The notes under the pieces are model-generated. The model saw only the letters and a program-made list of their open reading frames with translations. It searched no databases and had not been told where the DNA came from. DNA of 64,000 nt from Myxococcota bacterium. GTDB lineage: Bacteria > Myxococcota_A > UBA9160 > SZUA-336. The first letter of the stretch is position 1; every line of letters begins with the position of its first letter. The stretch is taken from positions 160,001 through 224,000 of the forward strand of contig CBDFGR010000001.1 in the NCBI GenBank assembly GCA_965247115.1, in the 5' to 3' direction. Shown piece by piece: positions 10,907 to 20,913 of the stretch. The translations under genes were made by a program, and so were the position numbers.

Positions 10907-12841
10907 ATGACCGACGGACAGATTGAGCTCGAGCTCCCCGACGGGACTCGCATGAGGGTGTCGGAGGGAACCACCTCGCTCGCGGTCGCGAGGGAGATCG
11001 GCCCAGGCCTGGCGAAGGCTGCTCTCGCCGCCCGGCTGAACGAGCAGCTCATCGACCTGCGCGCTCCCATCCGCAGTGGGGGCTCGTTCTCCGTCATCAC
11101 CGCTCGCGATGCGGAGGGCGGCGAAGTGATCCGCCACTCAGCAGAGCACGTCATGGCAGATGCGGTGAAACGACTCTGGCCCGAAACCCAGATCGACGTG
11201 GGTCGGAGCGACCACAGCGAGAAGTTCCAGTATGACTTCGACATACCGGTACGGCTGACGAGCGACGACCTGCAGAAGATCGAGGCGGAGATGGGTCGCA
11301 TCATCGCCGAAGGTGTGGACTTCAGCCTGGAGATCGTGACCCGCGAGGCTGCGCTCGAACGCTTCACCGACAGAGGGGAGCGGCTCAAGCTCTCCCGGCT
11401 CGGCGACATCCCCGAGGGTGAGGAGATCACGCTGTTTCGACACGGGCAGTTCATCGATCTCTGTCGGGGGCCGCACGTGCAGAACACCAAGCAGATAGGG
11501 GCCTGGAAGCTGACCGAGCTGGCCGGCTCCTATTGGCGTGGCGACGAGCGCAACCCGATGCTGCAGAGGATCTACGGAGTCGCTTTCAAGGACAGCAAGG
11601 AGCTCGACGCTTATCTGAAGCGGCTCGAAGAGGCGAGGGAGCGGGATCATCGGCGCGTGGGAGCGGAGCTCAACCTGTTTCAGTTCCACGAGTGGGCGCC
11701 GGGCGCGCCGTTCTACCTGCCAAAGGGACTCACCCTCTACCACGGGTTGATCGACTATATCCGCGGCCTGTACCCGAAGTACGGCTACCAGGAGGTGATG
11801 TGTCCGCAGGTCTTTGCAGCGGATCTCTACAAGACCTCCGGGCACTGGGACAACTTCCGCGACGAGATGTTCGTCTTCGAGGGCAATGACGAGCGCGATC
11901 CCGTTGCGATCAAGCCGATGAATTGCCCCGGGCACTGCCTGATCTTTCGCTCACGCAAGCGCTCCTACCGCGAGTTGCCGCTGCGTCTTGCGGAGTTCAC
12001 CCGCCTGCACCGCAACGAGCGGTCCGGCACACTGCACGGCCTCTCCCGGGTGAGCTCGATGAGTCAGGACGACGGGCACGTCTTCATGGAGCCGGCCGAT
12101 CTGCCGAGCGAGGTGGACCGTACCCTGGAGATGATCGCGGAGGTATATCGCGACCTGGGACTGGACGGAGTGAAGTTCGCCGTTGCGACCCGGCCGCAGA
12201 CCTATATTGGCAAGGTCTCCGCCTGGGAGAGCGGCGAGCGATTGCTGATCGACGCCGTCGAGCGCACGGGTACTCCTTGCAGCATCAATCCGGGCGAGGG
12301 GGCCTTCTACGGCCCGAAGATCGAGTGCACGTTCACCGACGTGATGGGCCGGGAGTGGCAGCTCGCGACCGTCCAGATCGACATGGCCATGCCCGAGCGC
12401 TTCGGCCTGCGCTACGTCGGCAACGACGGCCAGGAACACGAGCCCGCGATGGTACATCGCGCGATCCTCGGCTCGCTGGAGCGCTTCATCGGAATCTACC
12501 TGGAGCACACCGGGGGCGATCTTCCCATCTGGCTCGCGCCGATCCAGGTCAACGTCCTGCCCGTCGCGGACCGACATGCGGCGTACGCACGGGGTGTGGT
12601 CGAGAGGCTCGTGAACCTGAAAGTGCGCGCGGAGCTCGACGCGCGCAACGAGACCCTCAACTACCGCGTGCGCAGCTCTGAGAAGCAGAAGGTGCCGTAC
12701 GCGCTCGTCACTGGAGATCGAGAGCAGGCAGCTGGTACGGTGACCGTGAGGCGTCGCGGCGAGGACCGGCAGGAGACGCTTTCGACCGAAGAGTTCGAAC
12801 AGAAACTACTCGAGGAGATCAATACGCGTGGGATTTCGTAG
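10907..12841 (+). CDS. thrS: Threonyl-tRNA synthetase
   Basis: TGS domain, HSAEH, DLCRGPH, KPMNCP, HRAILGSLERF. Confidence 0.98.
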   Translation: MTDGQIELELPDGTRMRVSEGTTSLAVAREIGPGLAKAALAARLNEQLIDLRAPIRSGGSFSVITARDAEGGEVIRHSAEHVMADAVKRLWPETQIDVGRSDHSEKFQYDFDIPVRLTSDDLQKIEAEMGRIIAEGVDFSLEIVTREAALERFTDRGERLKLSRLGDIPEGEEITLFRHGQFIDLCRGPHVQNTKQIGAWKLTELAGSYWRGDERNPMLQRIYGVAFKDSKELDAYLKRLEEARERDHRRVGAELNLFQFHEWAPGAPFYLPKGLTLYHGLIDYIRGLYPKYGYQEVMCPQVFAADLYKTSGHWDNFRDEMFVFEGNDERDPVAIKPMNCPGHCLIFRSRKRSYRELPLRLAEFTRLHRNERSGTLHGLSRVSSMSQDDGHVFMEPADLPSEVDRTLEMIAEVYRDLGLDGVKFAVATRPQTYIGKVSAWESGERLLIDAVERTGTPCSINPGEGAFYGPKIECTFTDVMGREWQLATVQIDMAMPERFGLRYVGNDGQEHEPAMVHRAILGSLERFIGIYLEHTGGDLPIWLAPIQVNVLPVADRHAAYARGVVERLVNLKVRAELDARNETLNYRVRSSEKQKVPYALVTGDREQAAGTVTVRRRGEDRQETLSTEEFEQKLLEEINTRGIS

Positions 12842-13577
12842 ACGTCGATGGCGTGACGTCAAACCCGATGAAGAGAAGGTCCGAGTTAACTTCAGAATCC
12901 GGGTCCCGGAGGTCCGGGTCGTGAATGAGGACGGTCAACAGCTTGGAGTCATGGCGACGGAAGCGGCAAGAGACATCGCCGCGCGGATCGGCCTGGACCT
13001 GGTCGAGATCTCGCCCAACGGCAAGCCGCCCGTCTGCAAGATCATGGATTACGGTCGCTACAAGTACGAGCTCAAGAAGAAGGCTTCGAGCGCGCGGAAG
13101 ACGCAGCATCAAAGCCATCTCAAAGAGGTCAAGCTGCGCCCGCAGATCGACGAGCACGACCTGGCGTTCAAGGTCAATAACGCGCGACGCTTCCTGATCG
13201 AGGGAGACAAGGTGAAGACCACGGTGATGTTCCGGGGTCGGGAGATCGTGCATTCACAGCTCGGTCGCAATCTGCTCGATCAGGTGGTGGAGCGTCTCGA
13301 GGGCGTGGCAAAAGCCGAGTCGTCCCCGCAGATGGAGGGTCGGACGCTGAGCATGATCCTCGCGCCCGACCGCGACGGGATCAAACGAATCAAGCGAGAG
13401 GAAGCTGCTGCGGCCAAGGCTGCGGCAGCTGTCGAAGATGTGGCGCAGGGCGCCGAAGACGCGGTGCCGGACGCCGAGGACGCGGTGCAGGAGGAGGGGG
13501 GAGCCGTCGAGGATGGGCCCTCAGCGACGGCCGAAGGCGAGCAACCAGCTTCTGCCGGCAAGGCCGGGTCAGCGTAG
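12828..13577 (+). CDS. infC: Translation initiation factor IF-3 with Ala/Glu-rich C-terminal extension
   Basis: PPVCKIMDYGRYKY, KEVKLRPQID; GTG start overlapping thrS. Confidence 0.95.
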   Translation: MGFRRRRWRDVKPDEEKVRVNFRIRVPEVRVVNEDGQQLGVMATEAARDIAARIGLDLVEISPNGKPPVCKIMDYGRYKYELKKKASSARKTQHQSHLKEVKLRPQIDEHDLAFKVNNARRFLIEGDKVKTTVMFRGREIVHSQLGRNLLDQVVERLEGVAKAESSPQMEGRTLSMILAPDRDGIKRIKREEAAAAKAAAAVEDVAQGAEDAVPDAEDAVQEEGGAVEDGPSATAEGEQPASAGKAGSA

Positions 13578-13589
13578 CGAGGAGCAGGA

Positions 13590-13787
13590 ATGCCGAAGAT
13601 CAAGACGCGGCGCGGTGCTGCGAAGAGGTTCAGGAAGACAGGGAGTGGCAAGATCCGACGCTCGAAGGCGTATCGACGCCACATCCTTACCAAGATGAGC
13701 AGCAAGCGAAAGCGCCAGCTGCGCAAGGCAACACTGGTCGACGCTGCGGACGCGCCGCGCGTCCGTCAGCAACTGCCGTATCTGTAG
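13590..13787 (+). CDS. rpmI: 50S ribosomal protein L35
   Basis: [14 protein letters not shown]; synteny. Confidence 0.98.
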   Translation: MPKIKTRRGAAKRFRKTGSGKIRRSKAYRRHILTKMSSKRKRQLRKATLVDAADAPRVRQQLPYL

Positions 13788-13804
13788 GGAAGGAGGCAGC
13801 TCTT

Positions 13805-14158
13805 ATGAGAGTGAAACGAGGGCGCGTACGCCACCAGCGTCACAAGCGTCTCCTCAAGCAAGCCTCGGGCTTCCGTGGCTCCCGCAGCAAGCTGATTCGC
13901 CCCGCGCGGCTCGCGGTCGAGCGGAGCCTCCGCTTCGCCTACCGGGATCGTCGCCAGCGGAAGCGCCAGTTTCGGCGGCTCTGGGTCACGCGCATCAACG
14001 CGGCGGCTCGTCTGCACGGGACGACCTACAGTCGACTGATCCGCGGCCTCAACCTGGCCGGCGTCGAGGTGGATCGGAAGCAGCTGGCGGATCTTGCCGT
14101 ATCCGATCCGAAGGTCTTCGGCGAGCTGGCAGAGCTCGCAAAGTCGAAGGCTGCCTGA
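13805..14158 (+). CDS. rplT: 50S ribosomal protein L20
   Basis: MRVKRG...AYRDRRQRKRQFRRLWVTRINAA. Confidence 0.98.
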   Translation: MRVKRGRVRHQRHKRLLKQASGFRGSRSKLIRPARLAVERSLRFAYRDRRQRKRQFRRLWVTRINAAARLHGTTYSRLIRGLNLAGVEVDRKQLADLAVSDPKVFGELAELAKSKAA

Positions 14159-14171
14159 AGGTCGGATCGGG

Positions 14172-15161
14172 ATGCGCGGGGGGGTCGAGAGCCTCGGGAG
14201 CCTGGAAGGCGAGGCGCGGGACGCCATCAGCGGCGCGGCGACGCTTCAGGCACTCCTCGAGGTGCGCGCGCGCTTTCTTGGCCGGAACGGCTCGGTCGCA
14301 GAGCTGCTTCGCGGGATCGGCAGCCTGGCTCCGGAGCAGCGCGCCGAGGTCGGCCAGGCCGTCAATGCGAGCAAGGAGAACATCGAACGCTGGGTCCGCG
14401 AGCAGCGCGCTGCGCTCGAACGCGAGCGTCAGGACCGCTCTCTCGAGGACTACCGCCTCGACGTGAGCCTGCCTGGAGCGTCGCAACGCCAGGGCCACCT
14501 GCATCCCATCACCCTGATCGAGCGCGACATGGCTGCGTTCTTTGCCAGCATGGGCTTCTCGATCGAGACCGGTCCGCAGGTGGAGACGGAATACAACAAC
14601 TTCGACGCGCTGAACTTCCCGCCGGACCACCCATCGCGAGACACACAGGACACCTTCTTGGTCGAGAGCGGACACGTTCTGCGCACGCATACCTCTCCGG
14701 TCCAGATCCGCGCCATGTCCGGCCGCACGCCCCCTTTTCGCTTCATCGCGCCCGGCCGCGTCTATCGCAGCGACAATGACGCGACGCACTACCCGATGTT
14801 CCACCAGATCGAGGGCTTCTGCGTCGACGAGACGGTGAACTTTGGCGACCTCAAGGGCGTGCTCTATGCCTTTGCCCGCTACCTGATGGGACCCGACGTG
14901 CAGTTGCGCTTTCGAGCCCATTTCTTTCCCTTCACCGAGCCCTCCGCCGAGATGGACTTCTCCTGGAAAGGGAGCTGGCTCGAGTGGGGGGGGTGCGGGA
15001 TGATTCACCCGAACGTGCTCGAGAACTGCGGGATTGACGCGACCCGCTATCAGGGCTTTGCGTTCGGGATGGGGATCGACCGGACGGCCATGCTGCGCTT
15101 CGACCTCCCCCACATCAGGTTGATGTTCGAGAGCGACGTGCGCGTCCTCGAGCAGATCTGA
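14172..15161 (+). CDS. pheS: Phenylalanyl-tRNA synthetase alpha subunit
   Basis: LRTHTSPVQ, FHQIEG, FPFTEPS, GFAFGMG. Confidence 0.97.
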   Translation: MRGGVESLGSLEGEARDAISGAATLQALLEVRARFLGRNGSVAELLRGIGSLAPEQRAEVGQAVNASKENIERWVREQRAALERERQDRSLEDYRLDVSLPGASQRQGHLHPITLIERDMAAFFASMGFSIETGPQVETEYNNFDALNFPPDHPSRDTQDTFLVESGHVLRTHTSPVQIRAMSGRTPPFRFIAPGRVYRSDNDATHYPMFHQIEGFCVDETVNFGDLKGVLYAFARYLMGPDVQLRFRAHFFPFTEPSAEMDFSWKGSWLEWGGCGMIHPNVLENCGIDATRYQGFAFGMGIDRTAMLRFDLPHIRLMFESDVRVLEQI

Positions 15162-17566
15162 TGCGCATTCCGCTCGACTGGCTCTCGGAGTGGATCGACC
15201 TGCCAGACTCGCAGCGTCTGCTGGAAGAGCGGCTCACGCTCGCCGGTGTGGAGATCGAAGCTGTGGAGCACGTCGGCCCCGATCTCACCGGCGTTTTCAT
15301 CGGGCACGTCGACGCGAGCGAGCGACACCCGAATGCGGATCGACTCTCGCTCTGTCATGTGGATCTCGGAGAAGGCGAGAAGGCCCAGATCGTGTGCGGC
15401 GCCCCGAACGTGGCAGCTGGCCAGAGGGTCGCCGTTGCACGGGCCGGCGTCACGCTTCCCGATGGCACCCGGCTCAAGAAGTCGAAGATCCGTGGCATCG
15501 TCTCGGAGGGCATGATCTGCTCTGCTCGCGAGCTCGGTCTTGGGACCGACCACGAAGGCATTCTCGTGCTCGACCCGGCTGCCGTGGTCGGCGCGCCCGC
15601 CTCGACGGTGCTGGGCGGCGGACAGGCGGTACTCGACGTGGAGATCACGCCGAATCGCGGCGACTGGAGCTCCATGCTCGGGATCGCCCGCGAGACGCGC
15701 GCGCTCTTTGGCGGTAGCGTGCGGCTACCTGACTGCACGCCTGTGGAATCCTCGAGAAGTGCGAGCGACATCCGGGTCGAGATCGAGGATACGGGCGGCT
15801 GCTACCGCTACGTGGCCCGCGTCGTGCGCGGCGTCACGGTCGGACCCTCCCCGGAGTGGCTCGTGGAGAAGCTCGAGGCGGTGGGGGTTCGGGCAATCAA
15901 TGTGCTGGTAGACGTCACGAACCTGGTCTTGATGGAGTTCGGACAGCCCCTGCACGCCTTCGACCTCGGCACGCTGCGAGGCGGACTGATTCGCGTTCGA
16001 AGTGCCGTAAGTGGCGAGAAGCTCATCACTCTGGACGGTGTTACGAGAGAGCTGGACGCCGAGGACCTGGTCATTGCAGACGCCGACCGCGCCATCGCGC
16101 TGGCGGGAATCATGGGCGGTGCGGAGACCGAGGTAAGACAGGGGACGACAGACGTCCTGATCGAGAGCGCACACTTCCACCCCTCCCGTGTCCGCCGCAC
16201 CGCGCGCCGCTTCGGACTCAGCACAGAGGCCTCGTTTCGCTTCGAGCGCAGCGTGGACGGCGCGGCCATCGGGCGCGCCGCTGACCGCTGCGCACGTCTG
16301 ATCGCGGAGCTCGCGGGAGGTGACGTCGCCAGGGGAGCGGTGGAGGCGGTGGGCGAGTCCTTCTCACACTGCGATACGGTCGCACTCGATCCTCAACACC
16401 CGAACCGGCTGCTGGGGATCTCTCTCTCCTCCGAGGAGATCACCACGCTCCTGGCGCGCGTCGACATCCGTGCGGAGCTGGCAGCCGACGGCTTGCTGCA
16501 TTGCCGAATCCCGAGCTACCGAAACGACATCGGCATCGCGGAGGACCTGATCGAAGAGGTGGCGCGCATTCACGGCTACGACCAGATTCCGACCACCCTG
16601 CCACTGGGCGCACTCGAGCCGGTCGTCGAGCCGGCGGACGTAGTGATCGACAACGCGGCGCGCGACAGCCTCCGGGCTGCCGGACTCAACGAAACGCGCA
16701 GCTTCCCCCGCATGCGCGAGTCGGATGCGGATGCCCTCCGCCTGGCGCCGGACGACGCCCGGCGCCAGGCGCTGCGGATCTTGAATCCGATCCTCGACGA
16801 TGAGCCCTTCCTGCCCACGACGCTTCTGCCGACGCTGTTGCGCGCGACCCGGCACAACCTCGCCAGGCAGGTTGGGCGTGTTCGCCTCTTCGAGCTCGCG
16901 AACGTTTTCCAACGCGTCGACACCAACGGACTCCCCGACGAGCCTCGTCAGGTGGTCGTGGTGCTGACACAGGCCGAGCGGAGCAGCCTGTGGGATCCGC
17001 AGGAGCCTCCTCCGCTCTTCTTCGAGGTCAAGGGGATCGCCGAGCGCTTGCTCTGCGATCTCGGGCGCTCGGCCCGTTTCGAGCTTTCGAGCACGGAGCC
17101 CTACCTCCACCCGGGTGCCTCCGGCCAGTTCCTGGCGGGCAAGGTCACACTCGGGCACGTGGGGGAGCTTCATCCGGAGGTGGCGACCGCGTACGAGATC
17201 GGCGTCCCCTGTGCGGTCCTGCAGCTGGATCTGTCCGAGCTGTTGCGACAGGCGGTGCAACCGCGCCACTTCTCGGAGGTCTCGCCGTACCCGCTGGCCA
17301 GGCGTGACATCTCAGCCCTGCTGCCACGCGACCAGGCTGTGGGCGAGGTACTGGCGGCGATCCGGAAGACGGGGGGCAAACCCCTTGTGTCCGTTGTCGT
17401 ATTCGACCGATACCTTGGGGCGAACGTGCCCGAAGACAAAGTCAGTGTGGCGTTCCGACTGGTCTTTCAGCGGCCCGACCGGACGCTTACCGACGCAGAG
17501 GTCGCGAAGATGACCGATCGAGTGGTGCAGATGTTGACGCATCGCTTCGGAGCTCAGCAGCGCTAG
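15161..17566 (+). CDS. pheT: Phenylalanyl-tRNA synthetase beta subunit
   Basis: IVCGAPN, ITPNRGD, EDLIEEVARIHGY, FDX-ACB C-terminus. Confidence 0.98.
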   Translation: MRIPLDWLSEWIDLPDSQRLLEERLTLAGVEIEAVEHVGPDLTGVFIGHVDASERHPNADRLSLCHVDLGEGEKAQIVCGAPNVAAGQRVAVARAGVTLPDGTRLKKSKIRGIVSEGMICSARELGLGTDHEGILVLDPAAVVGAPASTVLGGGQAVLDVEITPNRGDWSSMLGIARETRALFGGSVRLPDCTPVESSRSASDIRVEIEDTGGCYRYVARVVRGVTVGPSPEWLVEKLEAVGVRAINVLVDVTNLVLMEFGQPLHAFDLGTLRGGLIRVRSAVSGEKLITLDGVTRELDAEDLVIADADRAIALAGIMGGAETEVRQGTTDVLIESAHFHPSRVRRTARRFGLSTEASFRFERSVDGAAIGRAADRCARLIAELAGGDVARGAVEAVGESFSHCDTVALDPQHPNRLLGISLSSEEITTLLARVDIRAELAADGLLHCRIPSYRNDIGIAEDLIEEVARIHGYDQIPTTLPLGALEPVVEPADVVIDNAARDSLRAAGLNETRSFPRMRESDADALRLAPDDARRQALRILNPILDDEPFLPTTLLPTLLRATRHNLARQVGRVRLFELANVFQRVDTNGLPDEPRQVVVVLTQAERSSLWDPQEPPPLFFEVKGIAERLLCDLGRSARFELSSTEPYLHPGASGQFLAGKVTLGHVGELHPEVATAYEIGVPCAVLQLDLSELLRQAVQPRHFSEVSPYPLARRDISALLPRDQAVGEVLAAIRKTGGKPLVSVVVFDRYLGANVPEDKVSVAFRLVFQRPDRTLTDAEVAKMTDRVVQMLTHRFGAQQR

Positions 17567-17592
17567 CCGTTTTTGCGTGAGGAGGACGATCC

Positions 17593-17907
17593 ATGACCAA
17601 AGCCGAGATTGTGGAGACGATCTACGAGCGAGTCGGGTTCTCGAAGAAAGAATCAGCCGAGCTTGTAGAGACCGTCTTCGACGTCATCAAAGATGCCTTG
17701 GTCGAGGGCGAGAAGGTGAAGTTCTCGGGGTTCGGGAACTTCATCGTGCGTGAAAAGAACGCGCGGAAGGGTCGAAACCCCCAGACCGGGGCCGAGATCC
17801 AGCTCGAGGCCCGTCGGGTGCTCACCTTCAAGCCCAGCCTCGTCTTGAAGAACGCGCTCAACGATACGCCGGTACAGTCCAGCGAGCTGAGGGCGCCGAA
17901 GTCCTGA
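17593..17907 (+). CDS. ihfA: Integration host factor alpha
   Basis: SGFGNF, GRNPQTG; follows pheT. Confidence 0.95.
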   Translation: MTKAEIVETIYERVGFSKKESAELVETVFDVIKDALVEGEKVKFSGFGNFIVREKNARKGRNPQTGAEIQLEARRVLTFKPSLVLKNALNDTPVQSSELRAPKS

Positions 17908-17988
17908 TCACGCTCCGCGTGCCTTTGTCGCCGTTTCGAGCTATCAGTCTCGTTCGGGCGTCATGAAGGCCAGACTCAGGGAGGGGTC

Positions 17989-18360
17989 ATGCAGGCAGTC
18001 CAGCGGGCACTGGATGGGATTCCGGAGAAGACCTACTACCGGATCGGTGAGGTGGCCAAATACACAGGCATCAAGCCCTATGTGCTGCGCTTCTGGGAGA
18101 CCGAGTTCAAGATGATGATGCCGCCGAAATCTCGCTCGCGGCAGCGAATGTACCGGCGCAGGGATATCGAGACCATCCTCACCGTCAAGGAGCTCCTCTA
18201 CAAGGAGCGCTTCACCATCGAGGGTGCGCGCAAGCGTCTCGTCGAGATCATCCGTGGGCGCCGCGGGGATGCCGCCGGGCAGGGATCCGGCATGAGCAGC
18301 GAGCTGAGCCGAATCAAGAGCGAGCTCAGCGAGCTCCGAGAGCTGCTCTCCTCCGCCTGA
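17989..18360 (+). CDS. MerR-family regulator (ihfA-associated)
   Basis: YYRIGEVA...VLRFWETEF...FTIEGARK. Confidence 0.92.
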   Translation: MQAVQRALDGIPEKTYYRIGEVAKYTGIKPYVLRFWETEFKMMMPPKSRSRQRMYRRRDIETILTVKELLYKERFTIEGARKRLVEIIRGRRGDAAGQGSGMSSELSRIKSELSELRELLSSA

Positions 18361-18363
18361 AGC

Positions 18364-18738
18364 TCAGCTAGACAGCAGGCGTTGCCGCCGGCGGGCGAGT
18401 GCAGCCGTGATCGAGTTCGTGACGACCGGCTCGGAGTGCGAGGAGCGGCTGCGCGCCGCGGACTTCTTGCGAGCTCTGCCACTCTTGCGCGGTGGGCTGC
18501 TCCTTCGCGGCGTTCCTGTGCGCGCGGATGCCTTCTTCCGTGCGCCTGTCTTCTTCCGGACCGCCTTCTTCCGTGCGGCCGTCTTCTTCCGGGCCTTCTT
18601 CCGTGCGCCTGTCTTCTTCCGGACCGCCTTCTTCCGTGCGGCCGTCTTCTTCCGGGCCTTCTTCCGTGCGCCTGTCTTCTTCCGGGCCTTCTTCCGTGCG
18701 CTCGTCTTCTTCCGGACCGACTTCTTTCTCGCCGCCAT
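18364..18738 (-). CDS. Lys/Arg-rich histone H1-like protein
   Basis: Repeated RKKA/RKKT units; GGGGG SD and TATACT upstream. Confidence 0.7.
   Translation of the reverse strand: MAARKKSVRKKTSARKKARKKTGARKKARKKTAARKKAVRKKTGARKKARKKTAARKKAVRKKTGARKKASARTGTPRRSSPPRKSGRARKKSAARSRSSHSEPVVTNSITAALARRRQRLLSS
18530..18730. repeat. Tandem repeats within the histone-like gene, including a 63-bp duplication
   Basis: Recurring cttcttccg units; the 21-aa unit RKKARKKTAARKKAVRKKTGA occurs twice. Confidence 0.85.
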
Positions 18739-18776
18739 TCCCCCCGCTCCGCTCACGGTTTCGGGACGCAGTATAC

Positions 18777-18915
18777 CTTGTGGGACCCGGCGCGCGAGCG
18801 GTCCTCCCGCGGGTCAGCGACCCGCGGGCCGCTGACGCCACCCACCTTCGCTCAGGCCTACGGCCTTCGCTGCGCGCGCCGCTATCGCGCCGCTTGCAGG
18901 GTGCCGAGCTCCCCA
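18777..18915 (+). repeat. Structured dispersed repeat, copy 2 (diverged, expanded first hairpin)
   Basis: Shares cttgtgggacccgg and ctcaggcctacggccttcgctgcgcgc with the other copies. Confidence 0.8.
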
Positions 18916-18972
18916 GCTGGTTGGAGGAAGGGAACGATGGAGGTCGCTACAGTGAGCTGACGACGGGGGAGG

Positions 18973-19968
18973 GTGATGAAGCGAGAATCCCTGGAAGGGG
19001 TCTCCATTGGGCTGGTGGTGCGGGGCTCGATTGGCGGGGGGTTGATGGGGCTCGCGAACCTGGTGCCGGGGATCAGTGGCGGGACCATGCTTCTCGCCGT
19101 CGGTGTCTATCCCACCTTCATCTCGGCCTTGGCTGAGCTCACGAGGTTTCGTTTGCGGGCGCCCACGCTGCTGCTCGTCGGGTGCATCGCGCTCGGGGCA
19201 GGGCTTGCCATCTTGCTGCTTGCAGGACCCACGAGAACGCTCGTGGTCGAGCAACGCTGGATCATGTACAGCCTGTTTGTCGGGTTGACGTTGGGTGGCG
19301 TGCCTCTGGTGCTCAGACTCGCGCGGCGCGTGTCCGTCGCCCTGGTAGTGGGAGCGGTAGGTGGCCTGCTGCTCATGCTCGTTATGAGTGTGGCAGGGGG
19401 AAAAGGCGCAGCCGGCGGAGAGTCCAGCCAGGCGCTGCTGGGACTCTCGGGGTTGGCTGCTGCGTCGGCCATGATCCTCCCCGGAGTCAGCGGTGGCTAC
19501 CTGCTCCTGCTGCTCGGCCAGTACGAGACGGTCCTCGGCGCGATCGATCGAGTGAAGCAAGCTCTTCTCGCCGGTGAGCTCGAGTCGCTGGTGGACGCGC
19601 TGGCCGTCCTGGGTCCGCTCGCCATCGGCGTGGTGGCCGGCCTCGTCGGTGTGAGCAACCTGCTTAGCTGGCTGCTCCACCGCTTCGACAAGGCCACCCT
19701 CGGAGTCCTGCTCGGGCTGCTCCTTGGTGCGGTGGTCGGGCTCTGGCCCTTTCAACGCGGCGTCGCTCCGGCGCCGGGCGATCTCCTCGAGGGCCGCGTG
19801 CTCGATGCCGCCCAAATCGCGGCCCTCGACCCCGCTGGCTGGCCCGTCCGCTTCTTCGAGCCGGATCCGGGCCAGCTGCTCGCCGCGCTCGTTCTGATCG
19901 GCCTCGGTTTCGGCGGCACGTGGCTCGTCGATCGAATCGGTCGTCGGCTCGAGGCGCCTGACCCCTAG
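18973..19968 (+). CDS. DUF368 membrane protein (undecaprenyl-phosphate translocase family)
   Basis: Two re-entrant motifs, MGLANLVPGISGGT and AMILPGVSGG. Confidence 0.9.
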   Translation: MMKRESLEGVSIGLVVRGSIGGGLMGLANLVPGISGGTMLLAVGVYPTFISALAELTRFRLRAPTLLLVGCIALGAGLAILLLAGPTRTLVVEQRWIMYSLFVGLTLGGVPLVLRLARRVSVALVVGAVGGLLLMLVMSVAGGKGAAGGESSQALLGLSGLAAASAMILPGVSGGYLLLLLGQYETVLGAIDRVKQALLAGELESLVDALAVLGPLAIGVVAGLVGVSNLLSWLLHRFDKATLGVLLGLLLGAVVGLWPFQRGVAPAPGDLLEGRVLDAAQIAALDPAGWPVRFFEPDPGQLLAALVLIGLGFGGTWLVDRIGRRLEAPDP

Positions 19969-20018
19969 GAGTTTTGCTAGGCTGAAACGAGCCAGCTCGC
20001 ACCGGTCAGGAGGACCGT

Positions 20019-20261
20019 ATGAAAACGTTCGACAGGGTGCTCGTACTTACGCTCACGCTCGCACTCTGGGCTCTGGTCGTAGGCCAGGTGACTCGCGCAT
20101 CCGCCCAGGAGCGGTTTCAAGTCACCCGTGGCTTCAAAGAAGCCGTCGAGCGGGTCGTCGACGAGTACTACGTGGGCAACCTCATCAACGAGGTTTGCTA
20201 CGTCAACAACGGTGAGGTCCTGGACGGAGATAAGGACGACGTGACCTACCTCCACTGCTGA
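20019..20261 (+). CDS. Small exported hypothetical protein
   Basis: AGGAGG SD; hydrophobic signal peptide. Confidence 0.55.
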   Translation: MKTFDRVLVLTLTLALWALVVGQVTRASAQERFQVTRGFKEAVERVVDEYYVGNLINEVCYVNNGEVLDGDKDDVTYLHC

Positions 20262-20278
20262 CTCTGAGTTCGTCTCCG

Positions 20279-20668
20279 TTAGGCGCCCCGCGAGCACGAA
20301 GAAGCCGATCCGGCAGCCAGCAAGAATCCCTGCAGGTTCGGCTCGATGGCTTCGAAGCGCAGCACGAAGCTGGTCGGGCCACGCCGGACGACGGTCCCGA
20401 ACGCGTAGAGCGGGGCCTCGGACTCCTTCGTCGCAAAGAAGAGGCGAACGCGGCTCCCCAGCTCGGGCGAGCAACTAGCCTCAGCGACGTGGGCGCCGGA
20501 GAGTGAGAGATCCTCGATCAACCCGCTCCCCTCGCTTCGCCCCGCCGAGAAACATACGCGGCCTGGCAGTCGCGGCGCATCTCGCCGTTCGGAATCGGGG
20601 TGGCGACGCGAGCTGCGTCCCAGACGATCTCGACCAAGCTCCGAGCGATGCGTTGATTCCACGCGCAT
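20279..20668 (-). CDS. PilZ-domain protein
   Basis: RxxxR (ERRDAPR) and DLSLSG motifs; AGGAG SD. Confidence 0.85.
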   Translation of the reverse strand: MRVESTHRSELGRDRLGRSSRRHPDSERRDAPRLPGRVCFSAGRSEGSGLIEDLSLSGAHVAEASCSPELGSRVRLFFATKESEAPLYAFGTVVRRGPTSFVLRFEAIEPNLQGFLLAAGSASSCSRGA

Positions 20669-20913
20669 AGTGATCTCCTTCCTCCAAAGCCCCACCTCCT
20701 GAGGCCCCCTTGTGGTATTGTGCGAACAGGGAGGGAGCAAGCTCCGTGCCCGGCGTTCGCGCCCGCGCATTCCGCCCAAACGCTCGATGGGTGGCTGGCT
20801 TCCGCCCGACGGAAGTAGCGCGGACGGAGCTGCCGACTGGCTGCACGCTGCCTGCGCCTTCGCTGCCGATCGACGGAGAGTCCGGTCCGAATCAGACACG
20901 AGGAGATCAGCCG

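Noticed and set aside
18530..18730. Possible CRISPR array
   Set aside because: Units are tandem with no unique spacers and encode a Lys-rich ORF; no cas genes in the window
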